DNA of 64,000 bases from Paracoccaceae bacterium (GCA_030950185.1 JAUZRU010000003.1:5003-69002); one strand, 5' to 3'; shown: positions 37,659-48,855, counted from the first letter of the stretch. Numbers and translations are program-made. The notes: generated by a model not told the origin, from the letters alone.

Positions 37659-38864
37659 TTGAAGACCCGTTTTACCGGACATTTCACCCAGCAAGAGCCG
37701 ATCCCCGAGGATGCCATCGAGGCGGCGGTTGCGGTGATGCGCTCGGGACGGCTGCATCGCTATAATGTGGCCGAGGGCGAGGCCGGAGAAACCGCGCTGC
37801 TTGAGCGCGAATTTGCCGATCTCACAGGGGCGAGATACTGTCTTGCCGTGGCCTCGGGCGGCTATGCGCTGGCCTGTGCCTTGCGGGCGGTCGGGGTCGG
37901 GCCCGGTGATCGGGTGCTGACCAACGGCTTTACGCTGGCCCCCGTGCCGGGCGCGATCGCGAGTGTGGGCGCGCAGCCGGTGCTTGTCGAGGTGACGCCG
38001 GATCTGGTGATCGACCTCGACGATCTGGCGGCAAAGGTCAGGGCCAGCGGCGCGCGGGTGCTGATGCTTTCCCATATGCGCGGCCATATCTGCGACATGG
38101 ATCGCCTGATGGAATTGTGCGATGGCGCCCATGTGACGGTGATCGAGGATTGCGCCCACACCATGGGGGCGGCCTGGGATGCTGTGCCATCCGGGCGGCA
38201 CGGGGTGATCGGCTGCTATTCGACCCAGACCTACAAGCATGTCAATTCCGGCGAGGGCGGGCTGCTGGTCAGCGATGACGACAGGCTGATGGCGCGGATG
38301 ATCCTGTTGTCAGGCAGCTATATGCTGTATGATCGCCACCTTGCCGCACCGCCCGCAGAGGCGTTCGAGGATGTGCGCTATGAAACCCCCAATATCTCGG
38401 GGCGGATGGACAATCTGCGGGCGGCGATTCTGCGGCCCCAGCTTGTGCGCCTGCCCGAACAGGTGGCGGCGTGGAATGCGCGCTACCGGGTTGTCGAGGA
38501 CGGCCTCTGCGGCGCAAGGGGAATTGCCCTGGTCGAGCGCCCGGCCAAAGAGGCCTTTGTCGGATCGTCCATCCAGTTCCGCCTGCCGGATTTCGATGCG
38601 GCGCAGATTGGGGCGCTGCTTGCGAATTGCGCCGCCCGCGGGGTCGAGCTGAAATGGTTCGGCGCGGATGAACCCAGGGGCTATACCTCGCGCCATGACA
38701 GCTGGCGTTATGCGCCGGCGCAGGCCTTGCCGCGCACCGATGCGGTGCTGGCGACGTTGATCGACATGCGTTTGCCGCTGACCTTTTCGATTGAGGATTG
38801 TGCGATGATCGCCGAGATCATTCGTGAAGAGGTCGAGTTGCTCGCCCTAAACGCGCCCGGCTGA
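37659..38864 (+). CDS. DegT/DnrJ/EryC1/StrS family PLP-dependent aminotransferase
   Basis: 401 aa with a TTG start. The fold-type I pattern includes a candidate PLP lysine in STQTYKHVNSGEGG. No sugar-biosynthesis neighbours. Confidence 0.78.
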   Translation: MKTRFTGHFTQQEPIPEDAIEAAVAVMRSGRLHRYNVAEGEAGETALLEREFADLTGARYCLAVASGGYALACALRAVGVGPGDRVLTNGFTLAPVPGAIASVGAQPVLVEVTPDLVIDLDDLAAKVRASGARVLMLSHMRGHICDMDRLMELCDGAHVTVIEDCAHTMGAAWDAVPSGRHGVIGCYSTQTYKHVNSGEGGLLVSDDDRLMARMILLSGSYMLYDRHLAAPPAEAFEDVRYETPNISGRMDNLRAAILRPQLVRLPEQVAAWNARYRVVEDGLCGARGIALVERPAKEAFVGSSIQFRLPDFDAAQIGALLANCAARGVELKWFGADEPRGYTSRHDSWRYAPAQALPRTDAVLATLIDMRLPLTFSIEDCAMIAEIIREEVELLALNAPG

Positions 38865-39524
38865 TCCCGCCCAGTTTGCGGGATCGACATACAGGCCGAA
38901 CCAGACCGACCACAGCCCCAGCAGGATGAACACGCCGCCCAATATCCGGCGCATTGCTGCCTTGCCCGGTTTCAGGGCGACCAGCCGCATGGGAGCCTTG
39001 CCCGAGAAGGCATCAAGCGCAAGCAAAGGCAGCGACAACGCCAGCCCGAACACTGCCAGCATGACAAAACCGCTGGCAAGCGATGCGGTGCCTGCCGAGA
39101 AAGTGAACAGACCAAAGATCAGCGGAGCGGCACAGGCCGGGATGTTCAGCGCAAATGCCAGCCCCAGAACGGCAGGGTTGCGAACCTGTCGCCACCGCGC
39201 GGGCGCCAATGACAGGCGCCGCGCCAGCCGGTTGTGCCAGCCGGCCAGATAGCCCGTGCCGATAGCCATATAGGCCAGGCCGAAAGCCAGCCACAGCCCG
39301 GTCTGGAAACCGACCAGAACGCGCCCCACAAGTGCAAAACCCAGCCCGATCACGCCCATGGCCAGCGCCCGGACCAGAATGAAGGTCACGATCCCCTGCC
39401 GCCGTTGAGCGGCCCCTTTCAGGGATTTCAGAAACAGCAGATGCGCACCGATGGTGCAGGGCTCGACAAAACCCAGCAGGCCCAGCCCGACGGGCAGCAA
39501 TATCAGCATGTAAAGATCTGGCAT
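38847..39524 (-). CDS. DsbD/CcdA-like (cytochrome c biogenesis transmembrane region) family membrane protein
   Basis: 225 aa with ~6 TM segments. Membrane-embedded Cys residues lie in GFVEPCTIG and NIPACAAPL. Its 3' end overlaps the DegT 3' end by 18 nt (convergent). Confidence 0.62.
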   Translation of the reverse strand: MPDLYMLILLPVGLGLLGFVEPCTIGAHLLFLKSLKGAAQRRQGIVTFILVRALAMGVIGLGFALVGRVLVGFQTGLWLAFGLAYMAIGTGYLAGWHNRLARRLSLAPARWRQVRNPAVLGLAFALNIPACAAPLIFGLFTFSAGTASLASGFVMLAVFGLALSLPLLALDAFSGKAPMRLVALKPGKAAMRRILGGVFILLGLWSVWFGLYVDPANWAGSAGRV

Positions 39525-39585
39525 TCCGGCGCACCTGTTGCTTTCGCCCCAGTCTGGGCAGTCCCGAGGACCGGGTCAAATCACG

Positions 39586-40887
39586 TCACCGCCAGCGCAG
39601 GCGCCGCGCCCAGGCCAGCGCGCCCAGCGTCAGCAGGCCATAGATCGACAGGATGAAGATCAGCTGTTCCGGGGCGGTGATGGCCTCGTACCACAGGATG
39701 ATGCCGGTGCCGCCCAGCAACGTCACCATGGAAAACACGGTCATCAACATATGCGAACGGGTCTTGTCGCGCATCCGGTGATTGGCAACCGCCATCAGGA
39801 AGGACACCAGCAGGAACGTGACCGAGCCGAATTCCAGGATCACCCGCAGGCTGCCCGCCAGCACCAGCGCCGAAGCCGTCAGCGCCATGGCCAGGATTGC
39901 GCGCCGCGGGATGCCACCGCTGCGGTGCGCCAGGAACATGGGCAGAAACCCGTCGGTCGCGATTACCGCCATCTGCCGGGATGCGCCAAACAGGGTGCCG
40001 CTGATCGCGCTCATCGTGGCCAGCAGTGCGCCCGCGATGACGATGGCCGAACCCATGTTGCCCAGCGTGTCGCGGGTGCCTGCGGCCAGTGCGAATTCCT
40101 TGTCACGCAGGATGTCCTCGAACGGGATGGCAAGGACCGCCCCGGCGGCAATCACCACATAGACGCCGGCGGCAATGGCAATGGCCCCATAGATGGCGCG
40201 CGGGATGTTGCGCGCCGGGTCAGTCATCTCGTTCATGGCGTTGATGACCAGCTGAAAACCCTCGAAGGCCACGAATGTGACCGAGGCCACGATCAGCAGC
40301 CCCCACAGCGAAAGCGGCGGCGATTGCTCGACCAGCTGGGGCAGGGTTGTGCGCCCATTTGCCAGCAGCAGACCCGAGATCAGCAGCAGGAACAGGATCT
40401 TGGTATAGACCATCAGATCCTCGATCCGGCCCATGCCCTTGACGCTCCACAGATTGATCAGCGTGAAGAAACCGATCACCGCCAGGGCAACCGCCTTGCG
40501 GACCAGATCGTTTTGGGCCCAGGCGCTGTCGCTGATGGCGTATGAGGCAAACGTATATGAATACAGCGCGATCGTGCTGATATAGCCGAAGATCACCCAC
40601 CAGCCGATCAGCGAGGCCGCCAGCGGGTGTTCGGGATAGCTGCGTTTGAAGAACGAATAGGTCGCGCCCTCGTCGCGATAGAACAGCGCCAGCTTGACAT
40701 AGGAATACGAGGCCAGCGCCGCCACGATGGCCCCCATGCCGATGGCCAGCGGGGCATAGACCCCGACGATCGATACCGAAATGCCCAGGATGGTAAAGAT
40801 GCCGCCCCCGATCATGCCGCCAAGGGCGATGGCCAGAAGTTCGGGAAGGCCGAGCGGCTTGCCGGATGGGGGTTTCTGCCTGTGCAT
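39586..40887 (-). CDS. APC superfamily amino acid permease
   Basis: 433 aa from MHRQKPPSGKPLGLPELLAIALGGMIGGGIFTILG, with ~12 TM segments. The ORF-track N-terminal extension to 41016 is unsupported. Confidence 0.85.
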   Translation of the reverse strand: MHRQKPPSGKPLGLPELLAIALGGMIGGGIFTILGISVSIVGVYAPLAIGMGAIVAALASYSYVKLALFYRDEGATYSFFKRSYPEHPLAASLIGWWVIFGYISTIALYSYTFASYAISDSAWAQNDLVRKAVALAVIGFFTLINLWSVKGMGRIEDLMVYTKILFLLLISGLLLANGRTTLPQLVEQSPPLSLWGLLIVASVTFVAFEGFQLVINAMNEMTDPARNIPRAIYGAIAIAAGVYVVIAAGAVLAIPFEDILRDKEFALAAGTRDTLGNMGSAIVIAGALLATMSAISGTLFGASRQMAVIATDGFLPMFLAHRSGGIPRRAILAMALTASALVLAGSLRVILEFGSVTFLLVSFLMAVANHRMRDKTRSHMLMTVFSMVTLLGGTGIILWYEAITAPEQLIFILSIYGLLTLGALAWARRLRWR

Positions 40888-40971
40888 CTGTCCTGCCTTT
40901 CGGTGACCTCGTCTTTCAGGGTAGGGGTGCCGAGCGTCCGCTTCAAGACATCCCCGACGTGACGACGCGGC

Positions 40972-41000
40972 TGGACAGGTGGGGGATGCGCTGCTATTAA
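40972..41000 (+). promoter_or_regulatory. Candidate sigma70-type promoter of the liu operon (TGGACA-17 nt-TATTAA)
   Basis: The hexamers were read directly. The -10 element ends 35 nt before the ivd ATG. Confidence 0.4.
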
Positions 41001-41020
41001 ATGAACGTCCGTTCAATTAA
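40997..41020. promoter_or_regulatory. 24-bp near-perfect palindrome TTAAATGAACG-TC-CGTTCAATTAA (candidate operator)
   Basis: Core TGAACG-N2-CGTTCA is perfect and the flanks are symmetric apart from one mismatched pair. It overlaps the putative -10 and lies 16 nt upstream of the ivd ATG. Confidence 0.45.
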
Positions 41021-41035
41021 CCGGGAGTCTGCCCC

Positions 41036-42202
41036 ATGTTCACCGCCTCCATGAATTTCGCACTTGGCGAGGAAATCGAAGCCCTGCGCGACATGGTTCA
41101 CCGCTGGGCCCAGGAACGCGTGGCCCCGATGGCGGCCGAGATCGACCGATCCAACAACTTCCCGGCCGAGCTGTGGCGCGAGATGGGCGACCTCGGCCTG
41201 CTGGGCATCACCGTGCCCGAGGAATATGGCGGCGCCGGCATGGGCTATCTGGCCCACACCATCGCGGTCGAGGAAATCGCCCGCGCCTCGGCCAGTGTGT
41301 CGCTGTCCTATGGCGCGCATTCCAACCTGTGCGTGAACCAGATCCGCCTGAACGGCACCGATGAACAGAAACGCAAATACCTGCCGAAACTGATTTCCGG
41401 CGAACATGTGGGCGCGCTGGCGATGTCCGAGGCGGGCGCCGGCAGCGATGTGGTCTCGATGCGGCTGCGCGCAGAAAAGAAGAACGGCTATTACACGCTG
41501 AACGGCACCAAATACTGGATCACAAACGGGCCCGACGCCGACACGCTGGTTGTCTATGCCAAGACCGACCCCGCCGCAGGCCCGCGCGGCATCACCGCCT
41601 TTGTGGTCGAAAAGACCATGAAGGGCTTTTCCACCAGCCCGCATTTCGACAAGCTGGGAATGCGCGGCTCCAACACGGCCGAGCTGATCTTCGAGGATGT
41701 CGAAGTGCCCTTTGAAAACGTGTTGGGCAAGGAAGGCGAGGGCGTCAGGGTTCTGATGTCGGGCCTCGATTACGAGCGCGTGGTTCTGTCGGGCATCGGG
41801 GTCGGCATCATGGCCGCGGTCATGGATCACATCATGCCCTATCTGCACGAGCGCAAGCAGTTCGGCAAACCCATCGGGGATTTCCAGCTGATGCAGGGCA
41901 AGATCGCCGACATCTATGCCGCCATGAACAGCGCGCGCGCCTATGTCTATGCGGTTGCCGCCAGCTGCGACCGGGGCGAGGTCACGCGCCAGGACGCGGC
42001 GGCCTGCGTCCTGTATGCCAGCGAAAAGGCCATGGAGGTCGCGGTGCAGGGCGTGCAGGCCATGGGCGGCACCGGCTACATGAATGAAAGCCCGGTCAGC
42101 CGCATCATGCGCGATGCCAAGCTGATGGAAATCGGCGCCGGCACATCCGAGATCCGCCGCATGCTGTGCGGGCGCGAGCTGATGAAGGTGACGGCACCCT
42201 GA
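41036..42202 (+). CDS. ivd: Isovaleryl-CoA dehydrogenase
   Basis: 388-aa acyl-CoA dehydrogenase ([12 protein letters not shown], catalytic region [11 protein letters not shown]). First gene of a leucine-catabolic cluster. Confidence 0.9.
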   Translation: MFTASMNFALGEEIEALRDMVHRWAQERVAPMAAEIDRSNNFPAELWREMGDLGLLGITVPEEYGGAGMGYLAHTIAVEEIARASASVSLSYGAHSNLCVNQIRLNGTDEQKRKYLPKLISGEHVGALAMSEAGAGSDVVSMRLRAEKKNGYYTLNGTKYWITNGPDADTLVVYAKTDPAAGPRGITAFVVEKTMKGFSTSPHFDKLGMRGSNTAELIFEDVEVPFENVLGKEGEGVRVLMSGLDYERVVLSGIGVGIMAAVMDHIMPYLHERKQFGKPIGDFQLMQGKIADIYAAMNSARAYVYAVAASCDRGEVTRQDAAACVLYASEKAMEVAVQGVQAMGGTGYMNESPVSRIMRDAKLMEIGAGTSEIRRMLCGRELMKVTAP

Positions 42203-42247
42203 GTGCCCGGCGCGGGGCCTGCCCCGACACTGAACAAGGATCACGCG

Positions 42248-43852
42248 ATGCGACTGAAATCGAATTTCCTGCCCGGATCCGAATCCGCGCGCGCCAATCG
42301 CGAGGGGCATCTCAGGGCGCTGGAACAGGTGCGCGCCGCCGCCGAAGCCGCTGCACGGGGCGGCAGCGCGCGCGCGCGTGAACGCCATCTGAGCCGCGGC
42401 AAGATGCTGCCGCGCGACCGGGTGGCAAACCTGCTTGACCCCGGCGCGCCCTGGCTGGAAATCGGCGCGACCGCTGCCCATGACATGTATGAAGGCGCCG
42501 CCCCCGGTGCCGGCATCATCTGCGGCATCGGGCGGGTGCACGGGCTTGAGGTCATGGTCATCTGCAACGATGCCACCGTCAAGGGCGGCACCTATTTCCC
42601 GATGACGGTCAAGAAACATCTGCGCGCCCAGGAAATCGCCGAGCAGAACCACCTGCCCTGCATCTATCTGGTCGATTCAGGCGGCGCCAACCTGCCCAAC
42701 CAGGACGAGGTCTTCCCCGATCGCGACCATTTCGGCCGCATCTTCTATAACCAGGCCAATATGAGCGCCAAGGGCATCCCCCAGATCGGCGTGGTCATGG
42801 GATCCTGCACCGCGGGCGGGGCCTATGTGCCGGCCATGTCGGACGTCAGCATCATCGTGCGCAACCAGGGCACGATCTTTCTGGCCGGCCCGCCGCTGGT
42901 CAAGGCCGCGCTGGGCGAGATCGTCAGCGCCGAGGAGCTGGGCGGCGGCGATGTGCATACCCGCCTGTCGGGGGTGGCCGACTATCTTGCCGAAAACGAC
43001 TCCCACGCGCTGGCGCTCGCGCGCCGCGCTGTGGCATCCTTGAACCGGCGCAAGCCCGAAACCGTGCTGCTGGCACAGGGGCAGGAGCCCGACTACGACC
43101 CCGAGGAACTGCTGTCCATCGTGCCCCCCGACAACCGCACGCCCTATGACGTGCGCGAGGTAATCGCACGCATTGTCGATGGATCGTTCTTCGACGAATT
43201 CAAGCCGCGTTTCGGCGAAACACTGGTCACTGGCTTTGCCCATGTCAAAGGCATCCCTGTCGGCATCATCGCCAATAACGGCGTGATGTTTTCCGACAGC
43301 GCCGCCAAGGGCGCCCATTTCGTCGAGCTGTGCAGCCAGCGCAAGATCCCTTTGGTGTTCCTGCAAAACATCACCGGCTTCATGGTCGGGAAAAAATCCG
43401 AAAACGAAGGCATCGCGCGCCACGGTGCCAAGATGGTGACGGCTGTGGCCTCGACCGCGGTGCCCAAGATCACCATGATCATCGGGGCCTCGAACGGGGC
43501 GGGCAATTATGGCATGAGTGGGCGCGCCTACAGCCCGCGCTTCCTGTGGACATGGCCGAATTCCTCGGTCGCGGTGATGGGCGGCGAGCAGGCGGCCGGC
43601 GTGCTGGCCACCGTCAAGCGCGACGCCATCGAGCGCGCTGGCGGCACATGGTCGGCCGAGGAAGAGGCCGAATTCAAGCGTCCCACGCTGGAAATGTTCG
43701 CCCGTCAAAGCCACCCCCTTTATGCCAGCGCACGGCTGTGGGATGACGGCATCATCGATGCCCGCAAAAGCCGCGAAGTGCTGGCGCTGTCACTGTCGGC
43801 CAGCCTGTGCGCCCCGATCCCCGACACGCGCTTTGGCGTGTTCAGGATGTGA
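42248..43852 (+). CDS. mccB: Methylcrotonyl-CoA carboxylase, carboxyltransferase (beta) subunit
   Basis: 534 aa from MRLKSNF. Two crotonase-like carboxyltransferase domains. Context lies between ivd and the biotin carboxylase. Confidence 0.9.
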   Translation: MRLKSNFLPGSESARANREGHLRALEQVRAAAEAAARGGSARARERHLSRGKMLPRDRVANLLDPGAPWLEIGATAAHDMYEGAAPGAGIICGIGRVHGLEVMVICNDATVKGGTYFPMTVKKHLRAQEIAEQNHLPCIYLVDSGGANLPNQDEVFPDRDHFGRIFYNQANMSAKGIPQIGVVMGSCTAGGAYVPAMSDVSIIVRNQGTIFLAGPPLVKAALGEIVSAEELGGGDVHTRLSGVADYLAENDSHALALARRAVASLNRRKPETVLLAQGQEPDYDPEELLSIVPPDNRTPYDVREVIARIVDGSFFDEFKPRFGETLVTGFAHVKGIPVGIIANNGVMFSDSAAKGAHFVELCSQRKIPLVFLQNITGFMVGKKSENEGIARHGAKMVTAVASTAVPKITMIIGASNGAGNYGMSGRAYSPRFLWTWPNSSVAVMGGEQAAGVLATVKRDAIERAGGTWSAEEEAEFKRPTLEMFARQSHPLYASARLWDDGIIDARKSREVLALSLSASLCAPIPDTRFGVFRM

Positions 43853-43918
43853 GGGGGGTGATGATGTGCCAGTCAGCCAACCCGTTCGCCGTGCCGCAAG
43901 GGCAGGAGCCTCCGGCGG

Positions 43919-43963
43919 GAGTATTTGCGCAAAAGAGAAGCCTTCTTCTTTGCAAGAATACGC
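43919..43963. repeat. Head-to-head dimer of the 21-bp repeat (copies 6a/6b)
   Basis: Reads GAGTATTTGCGCAAAAGAGAAG-cc-TTCTTCTTTGCAAGAATACGC. Both halves are slightly degenerate. Lies in the mccB-mccA spacer. Confidence 0.8.
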
Positions 43964-43987
43964 ATGGCACCAGAACGAGGGACCACC

Positions 43988-45928
<1,941 letters not shown>

Positions 45929-45931
45929 TGC

Positions 45932-46005
45932 TTCTTCTTTGCACAAATACTCATCTGCGCGGTTTGCTGCAGGCGCCGCGATATGAGTATTTTCACAAAG
46001 AAGAA
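45932..46005. repeat. Inverted pair of the 21-bp repeat (copies 7a/7b) separated by a 32-nt spacer
   Basis: TTCTTCTTTGCACAAATACTC at 45932-45952 and GAGTATTTTCACAAAGAAGAA at 45985-46005. Starts 3 nt after the mccA stop and ends 17 nt before the GST ATG. Confidence 0.85.
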
Positions 46006-46022
46006 ACCAGAGGAGCCACCCC

Positions 46023-46685
46023 ATGACCCGTCGCCTGCATCACGGTTGGGAAAGCCGCTCGACCCGCTCGCTGGCCCTGCTTTACGAGATGGGGCTGGAA
46101 TTCGAGCTGGTCGTCCACAGCTTTCGCAAGTCGCTGTATAATGATGATTACCGCAAGCTGTCGCCGGCCGGTCGCGTGCCCTGTCTGGAAGATGGCGATG
46201 TGGTGGTGTTCGAGACCGGCGCGATCACCGAATATCTGGTCGAGACCTATCCCGAATGCGGGCTGGGGCGGCTGCCCGGCGACCCCGAGCGGGTGGCATG
46301 GTTGCAATATCTGCATTTTGCCGAAACCATCGGCCAGCATATCGCCACGCTGACCCAGCACCATGTGGTGTTGCGCGAGGACTGGATGCGTTCGCCCACG
46401 GTGATGAAATACGAAACCATGCGCCTGAAACGCACGCTGGGCGTGCTGGAACAAGGGTTGTCGGACGGGCGCGACTATCTGCTGAAAAGCGGGTTTTCGG
46501 CGATTGATACCAATATCGGTTATTCGGTCTATGGGGCCGCGCATTTCGTGCGGCTGGACGAATTTCCCGCCCTGTCCGCCTATTGGGCGCGGCTGAGCGA
46601 ACGCCCCGCCTTCCGCCAGGCGCTGCCGCCCGAGGGGGCCGAGCGCCTGTATCACAAGGATTTCTACGAGTTGCCCGATGCCTGA
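46023..46685 (+). CDS. Glutathione S-transferase family protein
   Basis: 220 aa. N-terminal thioredoxin-like region (SRSTRSLALLYEMGL, GRVPCLEDGD, ETGAITEYL) and a helical C-domain. Its stop overlaps the lyase start by 8 nt. Confidence 0.8.
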   Translation: MTRRLHHGWESRSTRSLALLYEMGLEFELVVHSFRKSLYNDDYRKLSPAGRVPCLEDGDVVVFETGAITEYLVETYPECGLGRLPGDPERVAWLQYLHFAETIGQHIATLTQHHVVLREDWMRSPTVMKYETMRLKRTLGVLEQGLSDGRDYLLKSGFSAIDTNIGYSVYGAAHFVRLDEFPALSAYWARLSERPAFRQALPPEGAERLYHKDFYELPDA

Positions 46686-47532
46686 AACAGTCGAGATATT
46701 CGAGGTCGGCCCGCGCGACGGGCTGCAGAACGAGAAACGCCCGATTGCCGTTGCCGACAAGATCCGGCTGGTGGACATGCTGTCGGAATGCGGCTTTCGG
46801 CGCATCGAGGTTGCCAGTTTCGTTTCACCGAAATGGGTGCCGCAGATGGCCGACAGCGACAAGGTGCTGGCAGGAATCCGGCGCGCACCGGGTGTGCGCT
46901 ATGGGGCGCTGACGCCCAACATGCGTGGGTTCGAGGGGGCGCGGGCGGCACGGGCCGACGAGATTGCCATTTTCGGTGCGGCATCCGAGGGGTTTTCAAA
47001 GGCCAATATAAACTGTTCTATCGCGGAATCGCTTGATCGTTTCCGCCCGGTGGTCGAGGCCGCGCGCGCGGTGGACATCCCCGTGCGCGGCTATGTGTCC
47101 TGTGTGACCGACTGCCCCTATGACGGGCCGACCCCGCCCGCGCAGGTTGCCCGCGTGGCGCGCGCCCTGTTCGAGATGGGCTGCTACGAGATCAGCCTTG
47201 GCGACACCATCGGCCAGGGTGCGCCCGAAAGCGTGACTGCCATGCTGAAAGCGGTTCTCGACGAGGTGCCTGCCGACCGTCTGGCGGGCCATTTCCATGA
47301 TACCGCCGGGCGCGCGCTGGCAAATATCGAGGCGTCTCTGGAACTGGGCCTGCGGGTGTTCGATGCAGCTGTTGGCGGACTTGGCGGTTGCCCCTATGCG
47401 CCGGGCGCCGCGGGCAATGTGGCAACCGAGGCGGTTGATGCAAGGCTGCGCGAACTGGGGATCAAGACCGGGCTGGATGCGGAAAAACTGGCCGCGGCCA
47501 GCGTCTTTGCCCGCAGCCTGAGAGAGGAATAG
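46678..47532 (+). CDS. Hydroxymethylglutaryl-CoA lyase
   Basis: Reads EVGPRDGLQNE and has the HFHDT and GLGGCPYAPGAAGN motifs. Confidence 0.92.
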   Translation: MPETVEIFEVGPRDGLQNEKRPIAVADKIRLVDMLSECGFRRIEVASFVSPKWVPQMADSDKVLAGIRRAPGVRYGALTPNMRGFEGARAARADEIAIFGAASEGFSKANINCSIAESLDRFRPVVEAARAVDIPVRGYVSCVTDCPYDGPTPPAQVARVARALFEMGCYEISLGDTIGQGAPESVTAMLKAVLDEVPADRLAGHFHDTAGRALANIEASLELGLRVFDAAVGGLGGCPYAPGAAGNVATEAVDARLRELGIKTGLDAEKLAAASVFARSLREE

Positions 47533-47534
47533 AC

Positions 47535-48317
47535 ATGTTCGAAACCATTCGGATCGAAACCGACGCGCGCGGGGTTGCCACGCTCTGGCTGGCGCGCCCC
47601 GACAAGCATAACGCCCTTTCGGGGCGGATGATTGACGAGCTGACTGCGGCAGCGTCCCGGCTGGGCGACGATCCGGCGGTCAGGGTGGTGGTTCTGGCGG
47701 CCGAGGGGAAATCCTTCTGCGCCGGGGGTGATCTGAAATGGATGCAGGCGCAGATGAGCGCCAGCGCGGATGAGCGCCGGGGCGAGGCGCGCAAGCTGGC
47801 CGACATGCTGTTTGCGCTGAACACGCTGCCGAAACCGTTGATCGGGCGCGTGCAGGGCAACGCCTTTGGCGGTGGCATCGGCATGATCGCGGTCTGCGAT
47901 GTGGCAATCGGCGCGACGGGTGCGCGCTTCGGGCTGACCGAGGTGCGGCTTGGGCTGATTCCCGCGACCATCAGCCCCTATGTCCTGGCCCGCATGGGCG
48001 AGGGCAAGGCGCGGCGCGTGTTCATGTCGGGACGTCTGTTTGGCGCCGACGAGGCACGCGATCTGGACCTGCTGGCGCGGGTCGTTTCACCGGACGATAT
48101 GGACGCCGCAATCGAGGCCGAAGTTGCGCCCTATCTGCTGGCCGCCCCCGGTGCAGTGGCCGAATCAAAGCGGCTCGCCCGGATGCTGGGCAGCCCCATC
48201 ACACCCGAGATCATGGATGCCACCATCGACCGCCTGGTGGCCGCGTGGGAAGGGGACGAGGCCCCCGAGGGGATCGCCGCGTTCTTTGATCGGCGCAAGC
48301 CACATTGGGCTGGCTGA
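47535..48317 (+). CDS. Enoyl-CoA hydratase family, likely methylglutaconyl-CoA hydratase
   Basis: Crotonase fold (FCAGGDLKWM, GNAFGGGIGM). The specific role is inferred from its position in the liu cluster. Confidence 0.82.
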   Translation: MFETIRIETDARGVATLWLARPDKHNALSGRMIDELTAAASRLGDDPAVRVVVLAAEGKSFCAGGDLKWMQAQMSASADERRGEARKLADMLFALNTLPKPLIGRVQGNAFGGGIGMIAVCDVAIGATGARFGLTEVRLGLIPATISPYVLARMGEGKARRVFMSGRLFGADEARDLDLLARVVSPDDMDAAIEAEVAPYLLAAPGAVAESKRLARMLGSPITPEIMDATIDRLVAAWEGDEAPEGIAAFFDRRKPHWAG

Positions 48318-48418
48318 AGCGCGGCCCTCTTTCGCAGTGAAATTACGCCTTCCTGCTGGCCGCGGAGGGCAATTCAGGTTAAGTATACCGAAATCCGTCA
48401 GGATGTCTTTTGCGCGTG

Positions 48419-48447
48419 TTGACCTCTCGAAAAGGCAGGAGTAAACC
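48419..48447 (+). promoter_or_regulatory. Weak candidate promoter upstream of nuoA (TTGACC-17 nt-TAAACC)
   Basis: The hexamers were read directly. The -10 element is poor. Confidence 0.25.
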
Positions 48448-48463
48448 ACCCGCAAGCCACGGC

Positions 48464-48475
48464 ATACAATTGTAT
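48464..48475. promoter_or_regulatory. 12-bp perfect palindrome ATACAATTGTAT in the nuoA leader
   Basis: Exactly self-complementary. Lies 14 nt upstream of the nuoA TTG start, just before the AGGAGG RBS. Confidence 0.35.
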
Positions 48476-48489
48476 ATCAGGAGGGCACG

Positions 48490-48855
48490 TTGGACGCATT
48501 GCTACGAGAATACCTTCCGGTCCTCATTTTCTTCGGTCTTGCGATCATCATCGGTCTGGTCCTGTTGCTGGCCGCCGTCGTCGTGGCCGTGCGAAACCCG
48601 GACCCCGAAAAGATCAGCGCCTATGAGTGCGGATTCAACGCCTTTGATGATGCGCGCATGAAGTTCGACGTGCGGTTCTATCTGGTTTCGATCCTGTTCA
48701 TCATCTTCGACCTTGAAATTTCCTTCCTGTTTCCCTGGGCGGTTGCCTTCAAGGATGTCGGGTTGCTTGGTTTCTGGTCGATGCTGGTATTCCTGTCGGT
48801 GCTGACCATCGGCTTTGCCTATGAATGGAAGAAAGGGGCGCTGGAATGGGAGTGA
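48490..48855 (+). CDS. nuoA: NADH-quinone oxidoreductase subunit A
   Basis: 121 aa with 3 TM segments and the YECGF motif ([13 protein letters not shown]). TTG start 6 nt after AGGAGG. Confidence 0.93.
   Translation: MDALLREYLPVLIFFGLAIIIGLVLLLAAVVVAVRNPDPEKISAYECGFNAFDDARMKFDVRFYLVSILFIIFDLEISFLFPWAVAFKDVGLLGFWSMLVFLSVLTIGFAYEWKKGALEWE

Noticed and set aside
38847-38864. 18-nt 3'-end overlap of the convergent DegT and DsbD-like genes
   Set aside because: Both stops are unambiguous, but short convergent overlaps occur by chance in compact GC-rich genomes. No further structure was seen there.
43925-43987. Short peptide-like readings through repeat copies (for example MRKREAFFFARIRM, the N-terminal extension of mccA)
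   Set aside because: These are frame-dependent by-products of the repeat sequence. Different copies are read in different frames and strands, so a conserved peptide is unlikely.
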